From a virus, in IMG/VR virus record IMGVR_UViG_3300020185_000013, positions 32,001-96,000 of that record: DNA of 64,000 nucleotides; one strand, given 5' to 3'. The first letter of the stretch is position 1. Each line of letters opens with the position of its first letter. A program made the position numbers and the translations under genes. The notes beneath the pieces were generated by a model. That model searched no databases. It was not told the DNA's origin and was given only the letters and a program-made list of their open reading frames with translations. This document shows positions 39,240 through 48,375 of the stretch, one piece after another.

Positions 39240-41396
39240 ATGTCAAATTTTAACGACTTTATTAACAACTTAGACGAGTCTAGAAAGATTACTCTAAAGA
39301 GAAGATATACTGAAAACCATCCGGCAATTGAGGCTGGAAAGGTTGCAAGAGTCAGAAATAAAATGCTAGAAGCTATTGCTGATGGTAAGATTACTCAAGA
39401 AGAATTCAATGCAATCTTAAAAGAGTTTTCTACAGATTCTGGAAAATGGATGCGTAGAAACGCAAAATACTTCTCGGTATCTGAAGATGGTATTTCACTT
39501 TCAACCTTTGGTAAAAGAGCACTTTCATCAGTTACAGTAAATGAAAGCGAAGAAATTCTATTCGAAGCAACCGTCGAAATGGACGCAATGGATCCAGATA
39601 ACAAAGACTTCTTAAAGTTCTTAAAGAAGCATAGAGTTAAGATTATTAATAAAGAAATGGAAGGTCCAGGTGGTGGAACTCCAGTTATTACAATGCAAGG
39701 TAAAAGAAAGGATCTTGAGGCAGTATTAGCAGACGAAGAGTTTGGTTGGGCTGATCTAGATCTAGCAGAATATATTGAAGAATCAGTAGTTACTGAAAAC
39801 TATGAAGTGATCTATAGCGATGGTGTAAGTGCTATGAAAAAATTCAGAAGTGAAAAACAAGCTCTTGACTTCATGAAGCAAACCATTGCTTCTAACAAGA
39901 AATTAAGAGATATAGCAGTCTACAAACCGGGTATGCATTCAACTACTCAAACTGAATTAGTTGTTAAATTCTGGGGAGATGGTTCTTATTTAGATAATGT
40001 TTCTAAGAAGGATCCAGAATTAGCTGCTAAGAAATTAGAAGAATCAGTAGATGCTGATCATGTTGAAGAGGGTAGAGCATTTGTTGCAGCTGCTAGAAAG
40101 GCAAAAGATGAAGGCAAGGAAGAATTTGAATATGATGGCAAAACTTACCCAGTAACTATCAAAGAAGAAACAGAAACAGAAGATATAAAAATGGAAAACA
40201 AAAGAATGTTTGAATCATTTACTAATTTTGTAAATAATTTATCAGTGAACGAAGATGTATTCGCTGATTTAGAAGCTGCTATTTCAGACATGGACTTTGA
40301 TGCATATCAAAACCTAGCATTTGAATTTGGAGTAGACGATGGAGATCCAAACCAAATGATGGATTTTATTTACAATGAGCTTGACAAGAAGGGAGCTAAA
40401 CTACTAATTAAGAACATTAATAAAGGAGTTTATGAATCTGTAGTTAACGAGGCATTTAGTTCAATGAAACTACAGTCAATCTTAACAAGTGCAGGTTCTA
40501 TGCCAAAAGATTTTGCTAAGGCTTTTTACCAAATGGCTAAAATCCAATTAGATAAAGTTCAAGATGTTGATATTATCGAAATAGATCCAGAGCAGGCTAG
40601 AAAAGAAAAGAGAAAAAGCGCAGTATACCTATACTTCACAACAAATGAAAAACCAAACCCATATGCTGGTAGAAATTCTTGGGGAGTTACAACAATTCCA
40701 GGAAACACACTGCTTGGAGCAACTAATGGTTCAAACGAATGGCTAGCTACAGATTACGCAAGATCTTGGGGATCTGATAGAACAAAGACGTTATCTAAAA
40801 CTAAGAGAAATGACGGATCTGGTTTCGGAAAAAGTGCAGCTAATGATACTTGGGGTTCAGGTATTTCAAGTCTATCTAAAGTTGCTGAACTTGCTGATAG
40901 AGCATACGTTCTAGACTTAGATATTTTAAGAGCAAGATATTCATCAACCGCAAAAAGAGATGAAAGAACCGCTGCTAAAAAAGGAGCAACTGCGTTCCAG
41001 AGTGATAAGGACTTCAAGAAACAAAATCTTGACAGATACCATACTATTTTAGCAGACAGAGCAGCTTCAATGCCAGTAGACAAAGAGGTTCTAAAAGCAA
41101 TTGATGTAGTTACCTCTCAAATTAAAGATGGTTTAGCTACTGGTGAAAAAGGAAAGTATGGAGACGTTATTATTGGAAAGGATCCTAAAGGCCGCGAGGT
41201 TAAACTAAGAGATGCTTCTAACGTAATGCAAAATCTTCTTGATGACTTTAACAGATATGTAGATTACACTGAGCAAGCAAAGCGTGAGGAAGAGGCAGGT
41301 TATGGTAGCGATTACTATGCAAGAGAAGTGAAGAACTATGCTAAGTCAATTAAAGACAGAATCTCTAAGATTGAAAAAATGGATTACGTTTGGTAA
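39240..41396 (+). CDS. Putative packaged polyprotein-like internal head protein
   Basis: Late motif at 39211; MSNFNDFINNLDE start; internal MFESFTNFVNNLSVNE; repeated VNE/VTE/LEE boundaries; EGRAF..GKEEFEYDGKTY module. Confidence 0.55.
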   Translation: MSNFNDFINNLDESRKITLKRRYTENHPAIEAGKVARVRNKMLEAIADGKITQEEFNAILKEFSTDSGKWMRRNAKYFSVSEDGISLSTFGKRALSSVTVNESEEILFEATVEMDAMDPDNKDFLKFLKKHRVKIINKEMEGPGGGTPVITMQGKRKDLEAVLADEEFGWADLDLAEYIEESVVTENYEVIYSDGVSAMKKFRSEKQALDFMKQTIASNKKLRDIAVYKPGMHSTTQTELVVKFWGDGSYLDNVSKKDPELAAKKLEESVDADHVEEGRAFVAAARKAKDEGKEEFEYDGKTYPVTIKEETETEDIKMENKRMFESFTNFVNNLSVNEDVFADLEAAISDMDFDAYQNLAFEFGVDDGDPNQMMDFIYNELDKKGAKLLIKNINKGVYESVVNEAFSSMKLQSILTSAGSMPKDFAKAFYQMAKIQLDKVQDVDIIEIDPEQARKEKRKSAVYLYFTTNEKPNPYAGRNSWGVTTIPGNTLLGATNGSNEWLATDYARSWGSDRTKTLSKTKRNDGSGFGKSAANDTWGSGISSLSKVAELADRAYVLDLDILRARYSSTAKRDERTAAKKGATAFQSDKDFKKQNLDRYHTILADRAASMPVDKEVLKAIDVVTSQIKDGLATGEKGKYGDVIIGKDPKGREVKLRDASNVMQNLLDDFNRYVDYTEQAKREEEAGYGSDYYAREVKNYAKSIKDRISKIEKMDYVW

Positions 41397-41415
41397 TCAA
41401 AAATAAAATAAAACG

Positions 41416-41733
41416 ATGAAACACGTACAATTATTTGAGCAGTTCGTAGATGGAACAAACTCAACAGTTAATGAAAATAAATACGCTAAAGCTGGCAAAT
41501 TAGGTTATAATGACCAATTCTTAGGAAGAAAATCTCTTTCTAAAACTTTAGCAGTAGACTTAGGTTTAAATCCAAACCACGAGTTTGGCGGTGGAGACTG
41601 GTTAGGTTTTGACTATGTATCACTTTATGCAACAGGTGGTAAAAAAGCAGGAACTATCTTAGATGACGCTTTAACAGGAAAGTACACTTACGACGAGTTA
41701 AAGGCTGCAGCTGCAGAATTCTTAGGACTATAA
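41416..41733 (+). CDS. CTS-tagged small internal head protein
   Basis: MKHVQLFEQFVD..VNE. Confidence 0.65.
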   Translation: MKHVQLFEQFVDGTNSTVNENKYAKAGKLGYNDQFLGRKSLSKTLAVDLGLNPNHEFGGGDWLGFDYVSLYATGGKKAGTILDDALTGKYTYDELKAAAAEFLGL

Positions 41734-41739
41734 TAAGTT

Positions 41740-42339
41740 ATGCCAAGTACATCTAAATCGCAACAAAGACTAATGGGAGTCGCATATGCTGTTAAATCTG
41801 GCGATATGCAAATCTCTGATGTTGATATGACATATAGAGATAAGGTAAAAGATCTTGTTGATGGTATGACACTCAAACAATTAAAAGATTTTGCAGAAAC
41901 TAAGCACGAAGGATTACCAGAAGTTGCAGAAAATATCACACCTGCTAACATCGGTGGAATGGGGCCAGTCATGCTCCCAACTTCATCAACAAATGGCTCT
42001 GGTGATGTTCCTGCAGGTCAAGGTGATGCGAAGCAAGAATATAAAAAGAAACGTAAAAAGATGAAATACGTAAAAACATTTGAATCTTTCTCTTCAGTCA
42101 ATGAAGAGTATATTGAACTTCCAAGTCTTGATGTACCTTCAACTGACCTAATCGAAGCATTTAAAGAGTGGTATAAAGATACTGCTGACAATTGGGAAGA
42201 ATTCAAAAACGACATGGCAGAAGATTCAGTTGATGAAGCTGCTAAGAATGCTCAAATGGAAATCTTAGCCTACCTTTCTAACGAGATGAATAACATTATT
42301 AGAGATAGAAAGTTTAAGGTTAGAATGGACCTTAAATAA
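41740..42339 (+). CDS. DUF3008-like N-terminal domain plus internal CTS-tagged domain
   Basis: MPSTSKSQQRLMG..LKDFAETKHEGLPE; internal MKYVKTFESFSSVNE. Confidence 0.55.
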   Translation: MPSTSKSQQRLMGVAYAVKSGDMQISDVDMTYRDKVKDLVDGMTLKQLKDFAETKHEGLPEVAENITPANIGGMGPVMLPTSSTNGSGDVPAGQGDAKQEYKKKRKKMKYVKTFESFSSVNEEYIELPSLDVPSTDLIEAFKEWYKDTADNWEEFKNDMAEDSVDEAAKNAQMEILAYLSNEMNNIIRDRKFKVRMDLK

Positions 42340-42350
42340 AGAAACTAATT

Positions 42351-42881
42351 ATGAAACACATAAAATTATTCGAACAGTTTATCAACGAATCTCATTTTAC
42401 TGCAGGCGACAGCGTAGAATGTATTGATAGCGGAATGATCGGATCAGTTATTGGATCTACTGGAAATGGTGATGAAGAAATCTATATTGTCTCTATTAAT
42501 GGAGAAACTAAAGAGTATTCACCAGAAGAGCTAACACTGGTAGAGTCAGTACTTAATGAAATGGACTCAGAAGCTGCTTTACTTTTAGCAGATGAGGTTA
42601 GTGGTGAAGTATACACTGCAAAACTAAAAGGCAAATCAGCTACTATTAAAGCAACGACGACAACTAAAACTTGGGATGATGGTGTTCCAGTTCTAAAAGA
42701 TTTAGCTAGAGGCAGTGCAAAGTCAGTCAAGTTTGAACTATATCAAAGACCTTTTAAAGTGATTCATGACGTAGCTCACGATTGGTTCTACTTTACAGAT
42801 GGTGGAAAATGGTATGGTCTGCATAGTAATGATGGCTATTATGAACCAAGTGATTTACCATTTGAAATGACACTTGATTAA
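42351..42881 (+). CDS. CTS-tagged internal head protein with SH3/KOW-like segment
   Basis: MKHIKLFEQFINE; FTAGDSVE..GMIGSVI..YSPEELTLV. Confidence 0.6.
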   Translation: MKHIKLFEQFINESHFTAGDSVECIDSGMIGSVIGSTGNGDEEIYIVSINGETKEYSPEELTLVESVLNEMDSEAALLLADEVSGEVYTAKLKGKSATIKATTTTKTWDDGVPVLKDLARGSAKSVKFELYQRPFKVIHDVAHDWFYFTDGGKWYGLHSNDGYYEPSDLPFEMTLD

Positions 42882-42903
42882 TTCACATTATTTAAAATAA
42901 TTT

Positions 42904-42933
42904 AAGCCGAGATTTTTTAGTCTCGGCTTTTTT
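42904..42933 (+). terminator. Intrinsic terminator closing the internal-protein block
   Basis: AAGCCGAGA-N8-TCTCGGCTT followed by a T run. Confidence 0.8.
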
Positions 42934-42949
42934 GTTTATATTAGCTTAG

Positions 42950-42976
42950 GAAACAAGCGTGAACCTTCACATATAA
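42950..42976 (+). promoter_or_regulatory. GAAAC-N17-TATAA promoter (polymerase distal)
   Basis: gGAAACaagcgtgaaccttcaCATATAA. Confidence 0.6.
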
Positions 42977-43044
42977 GTAATGTACCCCTTGCCACAAATT
43001 ACAAAGCTACTCATATGGTAATCTCATATTTAGAGGCAAAGTGA

Positions 43045-43071
43045 GAAACTTCTCAAAAATCGGGTATATAA
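43045..43071 (+). promoter_or_regulatory. GAAAC-N17-TATAA promoter (polymerase proximal)
   Basis: gaGAAACttctcaaaaatcgggTATATAA. Confidence 0.7.
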
Positions 43072-43096
43072 ACAACATAACTTTAAAAATAAGCGA

Positions 43097-44497
43097 ATGC
43101 TATTAGATATAGAACAAAAAGACCAAGAAATCATCGTCTCATATTACGATAAAGAAGGTAAAGTAGCATTTAAAAGATATCCAATCTCTCAGTTTGAAAA
43201 CTGGGTAGTCACTGAAGAAAAAGATAAGTGGAAAGACGGAACATTTAGAAACTGGGACGGTCGACCAATTAAAAGACAACGTGCCCGTAACTTCAACAAG
43301 TTCTCATTAGTGTATTTTATGGACTCTCTTCCTGAAAAAGATCAGGAAGAAATCTTTGCATTTAATATGCCAAAGACCTACTTTGTCGATATTGAGACTG
43401 AGATTGTTGATGGTTTCCCAAAAGCAGAAGAGGCAAAGAGTAGAATTCTTACCTTTTCGATTATCACACCTGATCGTAAGGCAATTGTGCTAGGTCTTGA
43501 TGATTTATCTAGCGAACAAATTAAGAAGATTGAAGATGACACACTGAAACACTTCAAGAAATACGATCAAGATTGGGAATTCAGTTACTATAAATTTAAG
43601 GACGAATACAATATGCTGTACACGTTCTTACATAAATTTATGCCAAAGTTCCCAATGATGACAGGTTGGAACTTTATTAACTATGACTGGCAATATATTG
43701 TTAATCGATGTAGGCGTTTACAAATTGACCTGACTGAAGTTGCGATCACTGGAGAACTTGATAAGACTGACTCAAGACCCCTACATATGGGTATTCTTGA
43801 TTATATGCAACTTTATGATAAGTATGACCGAAGTGTAAAAGTAAAAGAGTCAAATAAACTTGACTTTGTTGCTGGGCAGGTTCTTGACGTTGCAAAGATC
43901 AAGTATACGGGTGGTCTACAAGATTTATATGAGAATGACTTCCAAAAATACGTATTCTATAATGTAGTCGATTCTATTTTGGTATACTATATTGACCAAA
44001 AGCTAAAATCGATGGAAGTAATTATGACATTGGCAACTATTACAAAAATGCCATTGTATAAAGCAGCTTCTCCAGTTGCTGTAACCGAAGCATTGATGGC
44101 CCGTAAAATGGCTGAAATGAATCGTAAAATTGGAGTTGACTATAATCAAGAGGATAACAAAAAAGACGGCAAGTACGCAGGTGCATTTGTAAAACAACCA
44201 TTAGTTGGTTACTATTCTGGTGTAAGTGCATTTGACTTTGCGTCACTATATCCTTCAGTAATGAGACAATTTAACATCTCACCAGATGCTTACGTTGACC
44301 TTATTCCAGAGAATGAAATTGAAGAGCGTCGTAAAAACATAGATGAAATTGTTTGTGAAAATGGTGTAGTATATAAGAAAGAAGATTCGATCTTGAAAAA
44401 GATTCTTAGCGATTTATACGCACAGAGGAAACAATATAAGTCTATATCATATGATTATTATGAAAAGGCTCATGAACTTAAAAAAATATTTAAGTAA
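43097..44497 (+). CDS. gp43A: Family B DNA polymerase, N-terminal subunit (3'-5' exonuclease, motif A)
   Basis: ExoI DIETE, ExoII GWNFINYD, ExoIII YNVVD, YAGAFV, DFASLYPS; stops after the first finger helix RKQYK. Confidence 0.9.
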   Translation: MLLDIEQKDQEIIVSYYDKEGKVAFKRYPISQFENWVVTEEKDKWKDGTFRNWDGRPIKRQRARNFNKFSLVYFMDSLPEKDQEEIFAFNMPKTYFVDIETEIVDGFPKAEEAKSRILTFSIITPDRKAIVLGLDDLSSEQIKKIEDDTLKHFKKYDQDWEFSYYKFKDEYNMLYTFLHKFMPKFPMMTGWNFINYDWQYIVNRCRRLQIDLTEVAITGELDKTDSRPLHMGILDYMQLYDKYDRSVKVKESNKLDFVAGQVLDVAKIKYTGGLQDLYENDFQKYVFYNVVDSILVYYIDQKLKSMEVIMTLATITKMPLYKAASPVAVTEALMARKMAEMNRKIGVDYNQEDNKKDGKYAGAFVKQPLVGYYSGVSAFDFASLYPSVMRQFNISPDAYVDLIPENEIEERRKNIDEIVCENGVVYKKEDSILKKILSDLYAQRKQYKSISYDYYEKAHELKKIFK

Positions 44498-44560
44498 CCA
44501 GGACCCAAACTTGTTGGATAGCAGAATATATAAACAACTAGCTGGTAAAATCCAACAATC

Positions 44561-44590
44561 AAAAGGTCTAATTCACTTTAGACCTTTTTT
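44561..44590 (+). terminator. Intrinsic terminator-like hairpin before nrdB
   Basis: AAAAGGTCTAA-ttcact-TTAGACCTTTTTT. Confidence 0.65.
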
Positions 44591-44618
44591 AGTCTAAAAA
44601 ATAAGGTAATATTAGAAT

Positions 44619-45623
44619 ATGTCACTATTTGAAGAACGAATTGAATTTAAACCATTTGAGTACCCGGTATACTACACCGAAGGTTGGCTCAAACAAGCAC
44701 AAGCATTTTGGTTACACACTGAAATCTCAATGCAAGGAGATGTTAAAGATTGGAATGAAAGATTAGAAGAACACGAAAAGAATTTAGTAGGAAATATATT
44801 ATTAGGATTTGCTCAAACAGAATGTGCAGTTTCAGATTACTGGACTGGTATGGTTACTAACTGGTTTCCAAAGCATGAAATTAAGCAAATGGCAATGATG
44901 TTTGGTTCACAAGAAACCATTCACGCAACGGCATATTCATACCTAAATGAAACACTAGGATTAGAAGACTTTACAGCGTTTCTACATGAACCAGCAACTG
45001 CTGATAAATTTGAACACTTAACTTCAGTTGAAGCTGATTGGTCTTATGAAGATTTAGCATCAAGTTCAGAAGCTAGAAAGCAGGTAGCTAGATCACTGGC
45101 AATCTTCTCTGCTTTTGCCGAAGGAGTTTCACTATATTCATCATTTGCAGTTTTATATTCATTCCAGATGCGTAACCTTCTTAAGGGGATTGGTCAGCAA
45201 ATGAAATGGTCAGTTCGTGATGAATCACTACACAGCAGAATGGGATGTCAATTATTCCGTCATATGTGTGAAGAATATACTGAACTAAAAGAAGAGGTAA
45301 GGGACGATGTTGTACGTGCTGCTGAATTAATGGTCGAAATGGAACATAACTTTATTAATAAAATGTTTGAAATGGGAGACCTTGAAAACATGAAGGCAGA
45401 AGACCTTAAACATTTTATCGTTAAAAGAGCAAATGAAAAGATTGCTGAACTAGGTTACAGTGATGGACCATTTATGAAGTACGATGAAGATAAAGCATCT
45501 GAACTTGATTGGTTCTACCACTTAACTGGAGGAACAACACACACTGACTTTTTTGCAATTAGACCGACTGATTACTCAAAAGCAGGAGAAGACGAAAACT
45601 GGGACGAAGACGATATCTTTTAA
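44619..45623 (+). CDS. nrdB: Ribonucleotide reductase class I beta subunit
   Basis: FW..EI....D..DW, ETIHATAYS, EGVSLYSSFA, RDESLH, DFF. Confidence 0.95.
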   Translation: MSLFEERIEFKPFEYPVYYTEGWLKQAQAFWLHTEISMQGDVKDWNERLEEHEKNLVGNILLGFAQTECAVSDYWTGMVTNWFPKHEIKQMAMMFGSQETIHATAYSYLNETLGLEDFTAFLHEPATADKFEHLTSVEADWSYEDLASSSEARKQVARSLAIFSAFAEGVSLYSSFAVLYSFQMRNLLKGIGQQMKWSVRDESLHSRMGCQLFRHMCEEYTELKEEVRDDVVRAAELMVEMEHNFINKMFEMGDLENMKAEDLKHFIVKRANEKIAELGYSDGPFMKYDEDKASELDWFYHLTGGTTHTDFFAIRPTDYSKAGEDENWDEDDIF

Positions 45624-45640
45624 TCCCCAACACTATTTAA

Positions 45641-47482
45641 ATGATTAACTTTTTTAAAAATAATGACAAGAAAATGAGCGAAGACGCCAATGGTATTAAT
45701 CATGGTGAAGCTTTAGGCTGGGAACTCGGAGTAGATTTTCCAACATGGGCTAACACTGAAATCTATGTAAAGACAATTAGCAACGGTTACCTTTTAGAGG
45801 GTGAAACTCCAAAGGATGCATATTGGAGAGTTGCAACAACTGTAGCAAAAAGGTTACAAAAACCTGAAATGGCTAGCAAATTCTTTGACTATATCTGGAA
45901 GGGCTGGTTAAATCTTGCTTCTCCAGTACTTTCAAATACTGGAACTGAGCGTGGTTTACCAATCTCTTGTTTTGGTATTGATGTTGCTGATTCAATTCAT
46001 GATATTGGCTCAAAGAATCTAGAAATGATGCTACTTGCAAAACATGGAGGCGGTGTTGGTATTGGAATTAATCAAATTAGACCAGCAGGTGCTAAGATTC
46101 AAGGTAATGGTACAAGTGATGGTGTAGTTCCATTCTGTAAAATTTACGATTCAACGATCCTAGCGACTAATCAAGGTTCTGTTCGTAGAGGTGCAGCTTC
46201 AGTAAACATTGACATTGAACACAAAGATTTCTGGGAATGGCTAGAAATTCGTGAGCCAAAGGGAGACGTAAACAGACAGTCTCTTAATCTTCACCAATGT
46301 GTTATTGTTCCTGATGGTTTTATGGACAAAATCAAACAGGGAGACAAAGAGGCACGTAAAAGATGGGCAGCTCTATTAAGAAAGCGTAGAGCAACTGGAG
46401 AACCATACATTATGTTTAAAGGTAATGTAAATAATGCCAATCCAGATGCTTACAAAAACAATGGTCTTAAAGTTTACATGACCAATATCTGTTCTGAGAT
46501 TGCACTACACACCGATGAAAATCATTCATTCGTATGTTGTCTAAGTTCATTAAACCTTACAAGGTATGATGAGTGGAGAGACACTGATCTTATTTACACA
46601 GCTACTTGGTTCTTAGATGGCGTTCTTGAAGAATTTATCCAGAAGGCAAAATACATGCGTGGATTTGAGAACTCTATTCGCTCAGCAGAAAAGGGAAGAG
46701 CACTAGGACTTGGAGTTCTAGGATGGCACACTTACCTACAAGACAGAAACATTCCTTTTGAAGGACTAGCCGCACAATTTGAAACTCGTAAGATTTTTAG
46801 TGAGTTAAAGACCGAAAGCGAGAAAGCAAGTCGTGATATGGCGAAAGAGTATGGTGAACCTCTATGGTGTGTTGGTACTGGAATGCGTAACACTCACCTT
46901 AGAGCCGTAGCTCCTACTGTTTCTAATAGTAAACTAAGTGGTAACGTTTCTCCAGGTATTGAACCATGGGCAGCAAACGTATTTACTGAACAAACTGCAA
47001 AAGGAACATTTATCCGCAAGAACCCTACTCTTGAGACGGCACTTGAAGCAATTCGTAAAAACACAAAAGATACATGGGATAAGATCCTAGAAGACGGTGG
47101 AAGTGTTCAAGGAATTGACTGGATGGATAACTACTATGTACATCATGGAGAATTAGAGGGCATTCCAATCAATAAAGATGAATTGTCTGAAGAGGACATG
47201 AAAGATTTTATTCCGATGAAAGATGTTTATAGAACATTTAAGGAAATTAACCAAATGGAATTGGTACGTCAAGCTGGAGTTAGACAACAATATGTTGACC
47301 AGGCAGTTTCATTAAACCTAGCGTTCCCAAATACAGCGGATCCTAAGTTTATTAACCAAGTTCACCTTGAAGCGTACGATCAAGGTATAAAGACACTCTA
47401 TTACATGAGAACGGAGAGCGTTCTACGAGGAGACATTGCAACCAGAGCAACGGATCCAGATTGTTTATCATGTGATGGATAA
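45641..47482 (+). CDS. nrdA: Ribonucleotide reductase class I alpha subunit, no ATP cone
   Basis: PISCF, GGGVG, RRGA, NICSEI, APTVS, TLYY, C-terminal CLSC. Confidence 0.95.
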   Translation: MINFFKNNDKKMSEDANGINHGEALGWELGVDFPTWANTEIYVKTISNGYLLEGETPKDAYWRVATTVAKRLQKPEMASKFFDYIWKGWLNLASPVLSNTGTERGLPISCFGIDVADSIHDIGSKNLEMMLLAKHGGGVGIGINQIRPAGAKIQGNGTSDGVVPFCKIYDSTILATNQGSVRRGAASVNIDIEHKDFWEWLEIREPKGDVNRQSLNLHQCVIVPDGFMDKIKQGDKEARKRWAALLRKRRATGEPYIMFKGNVNNANPDAYKNNGLKVYMTNICSEIALHTDENHSFVCCLSSLNLTRYDEWRDTDLIYTATWFLDGVLEEFIQKAKYMRGFENSIRSAEKGRALGLGVLGWHTYLQDRNIPFEGLAAQFETRKIFSELKTESEKASRDMAKEYGEPLWCVGTGMRNTHLRAVAPTVSNSKLSGNVSPGIEPWAANVFTEQTAKGTFIRKNPTLETALEAIRKNTKDTWDKILEDGGSVQGIDWMDNYYVHHGELEGIPINKDELSEEDMKDFIPMKDVYRTFKEINQMELVRQAGVRQQYVDQAVSLNLAFPNTADPKFINQVHLEAYDQGIKTLYYMRTESVLRGDIATRATDPDCLSCDG

Positions 47483-47537
47483 AGACGGTGAGGTTTGAAG
47501 ACCTCGTCTTAGGACCGTTACATCGTTAACGGATTTT

Positions 47538-47569
47538 AGCCAGGGAATTCGCTACTCCCTGGCTTTTTT
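47538..47569 (+). terminator. Intrinsic terminator after nrdA
   Basis: AGCCAGGGA-N9-TCCCTGGCT followed by a T run. Confidence 0.8.
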
Positions 47570-47573
47570 ATGT

Positions 47574-47600
47574 GAAACAGTTTGGCTAGCCCTCATATAA
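47574..47600 (+). promoter_or_regulatory. GAAAC-N17-TATAA promoter (clamp / pol C-subunit / uvsX)
   Basis: gtGAAACagtttggctagccctCATATAA. Confidence 0.7.
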
Positions 47601-47630
47601 TAATCAAATTCTTTAAACAAATAAAAAAAT

Positions 47631-48374
47631 ATGAAACTAGTAATTGATCGAGTTGACCAACACGCTTTGACTGATTTTATCAATCGTGTGAAGTTAATTG
47701 ATTCTTTCATCTATTTGAAGATGGACGAGAATCGCATTACTTCTGCAGTTTATCTTCCACAAAGAGATGCTGTGAAGTACCACGCAGTTAACACTGACAC
47801 AATCTTTAAGCTTTCATCAGTTCCGAAAACTGATAAACCAATAAAGATTGCATTCTTTGACGGTGCTAAAGTTATTGATGCTATTAAGCACTTCGATGCT
47901 GATGCAATTAAAGGTGAAATTCAGTTCATTGAAAACGATGAAGACATGGTTGCTTCAACACTTCGTCTATTCAATGATGAACTTGAAATCACATTGTCTT
48001 GTTCTGAACCATCTCTTGGTTTTAAAGATCTTACTCAAGAGCAAATTGAAGGTATCTTCTCGAAAGATGGTAGTGAATTTAACTTTGAATTGGACACTTA
48101 TTCAATTGGTAAAGTTAAGAACCTATTTAGTCTTGATAAAGACGAAACATTTGCAATCAATGCAAACGCTAAAGGCGTAAATGTTAAAGGTAAATCATTC
48201 AACGTTGTAATCAACCCAGAGAGCAATGGCAAAGGTGAAGTTACAGTATACAAGAAGTATTTGAACTTGCTTGACAAAGAAGAGCAAACAGTTTACATTT
48301 CTTCTTCAAAAGTTGTATTCGCATCAAAAGACAGCGAAACACTTCTAACTGTATCAACCTGCCAAAACGCTTAA
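47631..48374 (+). CDS. Probable sliding clamp (gp45-like)
   Basis: 247 aa, two repeated alpha/beta halves, adjacent to the polymerase; fold is an inference. Confidence 0.5.
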   Translation: MKLVIDRVDQHALTDFINRVKLIDSFIYLKMDENRITSAVYLPQRDAVKYHAVNTDTIFKLSSVPKTDKPIKIAFFDGAKVIDAIKHFDADAIKGEIQFIENDEDMVASTLRLFNDELEITLSCSEPSLGFKDLTQEQIEGIFSKDGSEFNFELDTYSIGKVKNLFSLDKDETFAINANAKGVNVKGKSFNVVINPESNGKGEVTVYKKYLNLLDKEEQTVYISSSKVVFASKDSETLLTVSTCQNA

Positions 48375-48375
48375 T

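Noticed and set aside
47482-47569. tRNA in the GC-rich intergenic hairpins (also 29710-29830, 63470-63520)
   Set aside because: No cloverleaf, T-loop GTTCRA or CCA end found by eye
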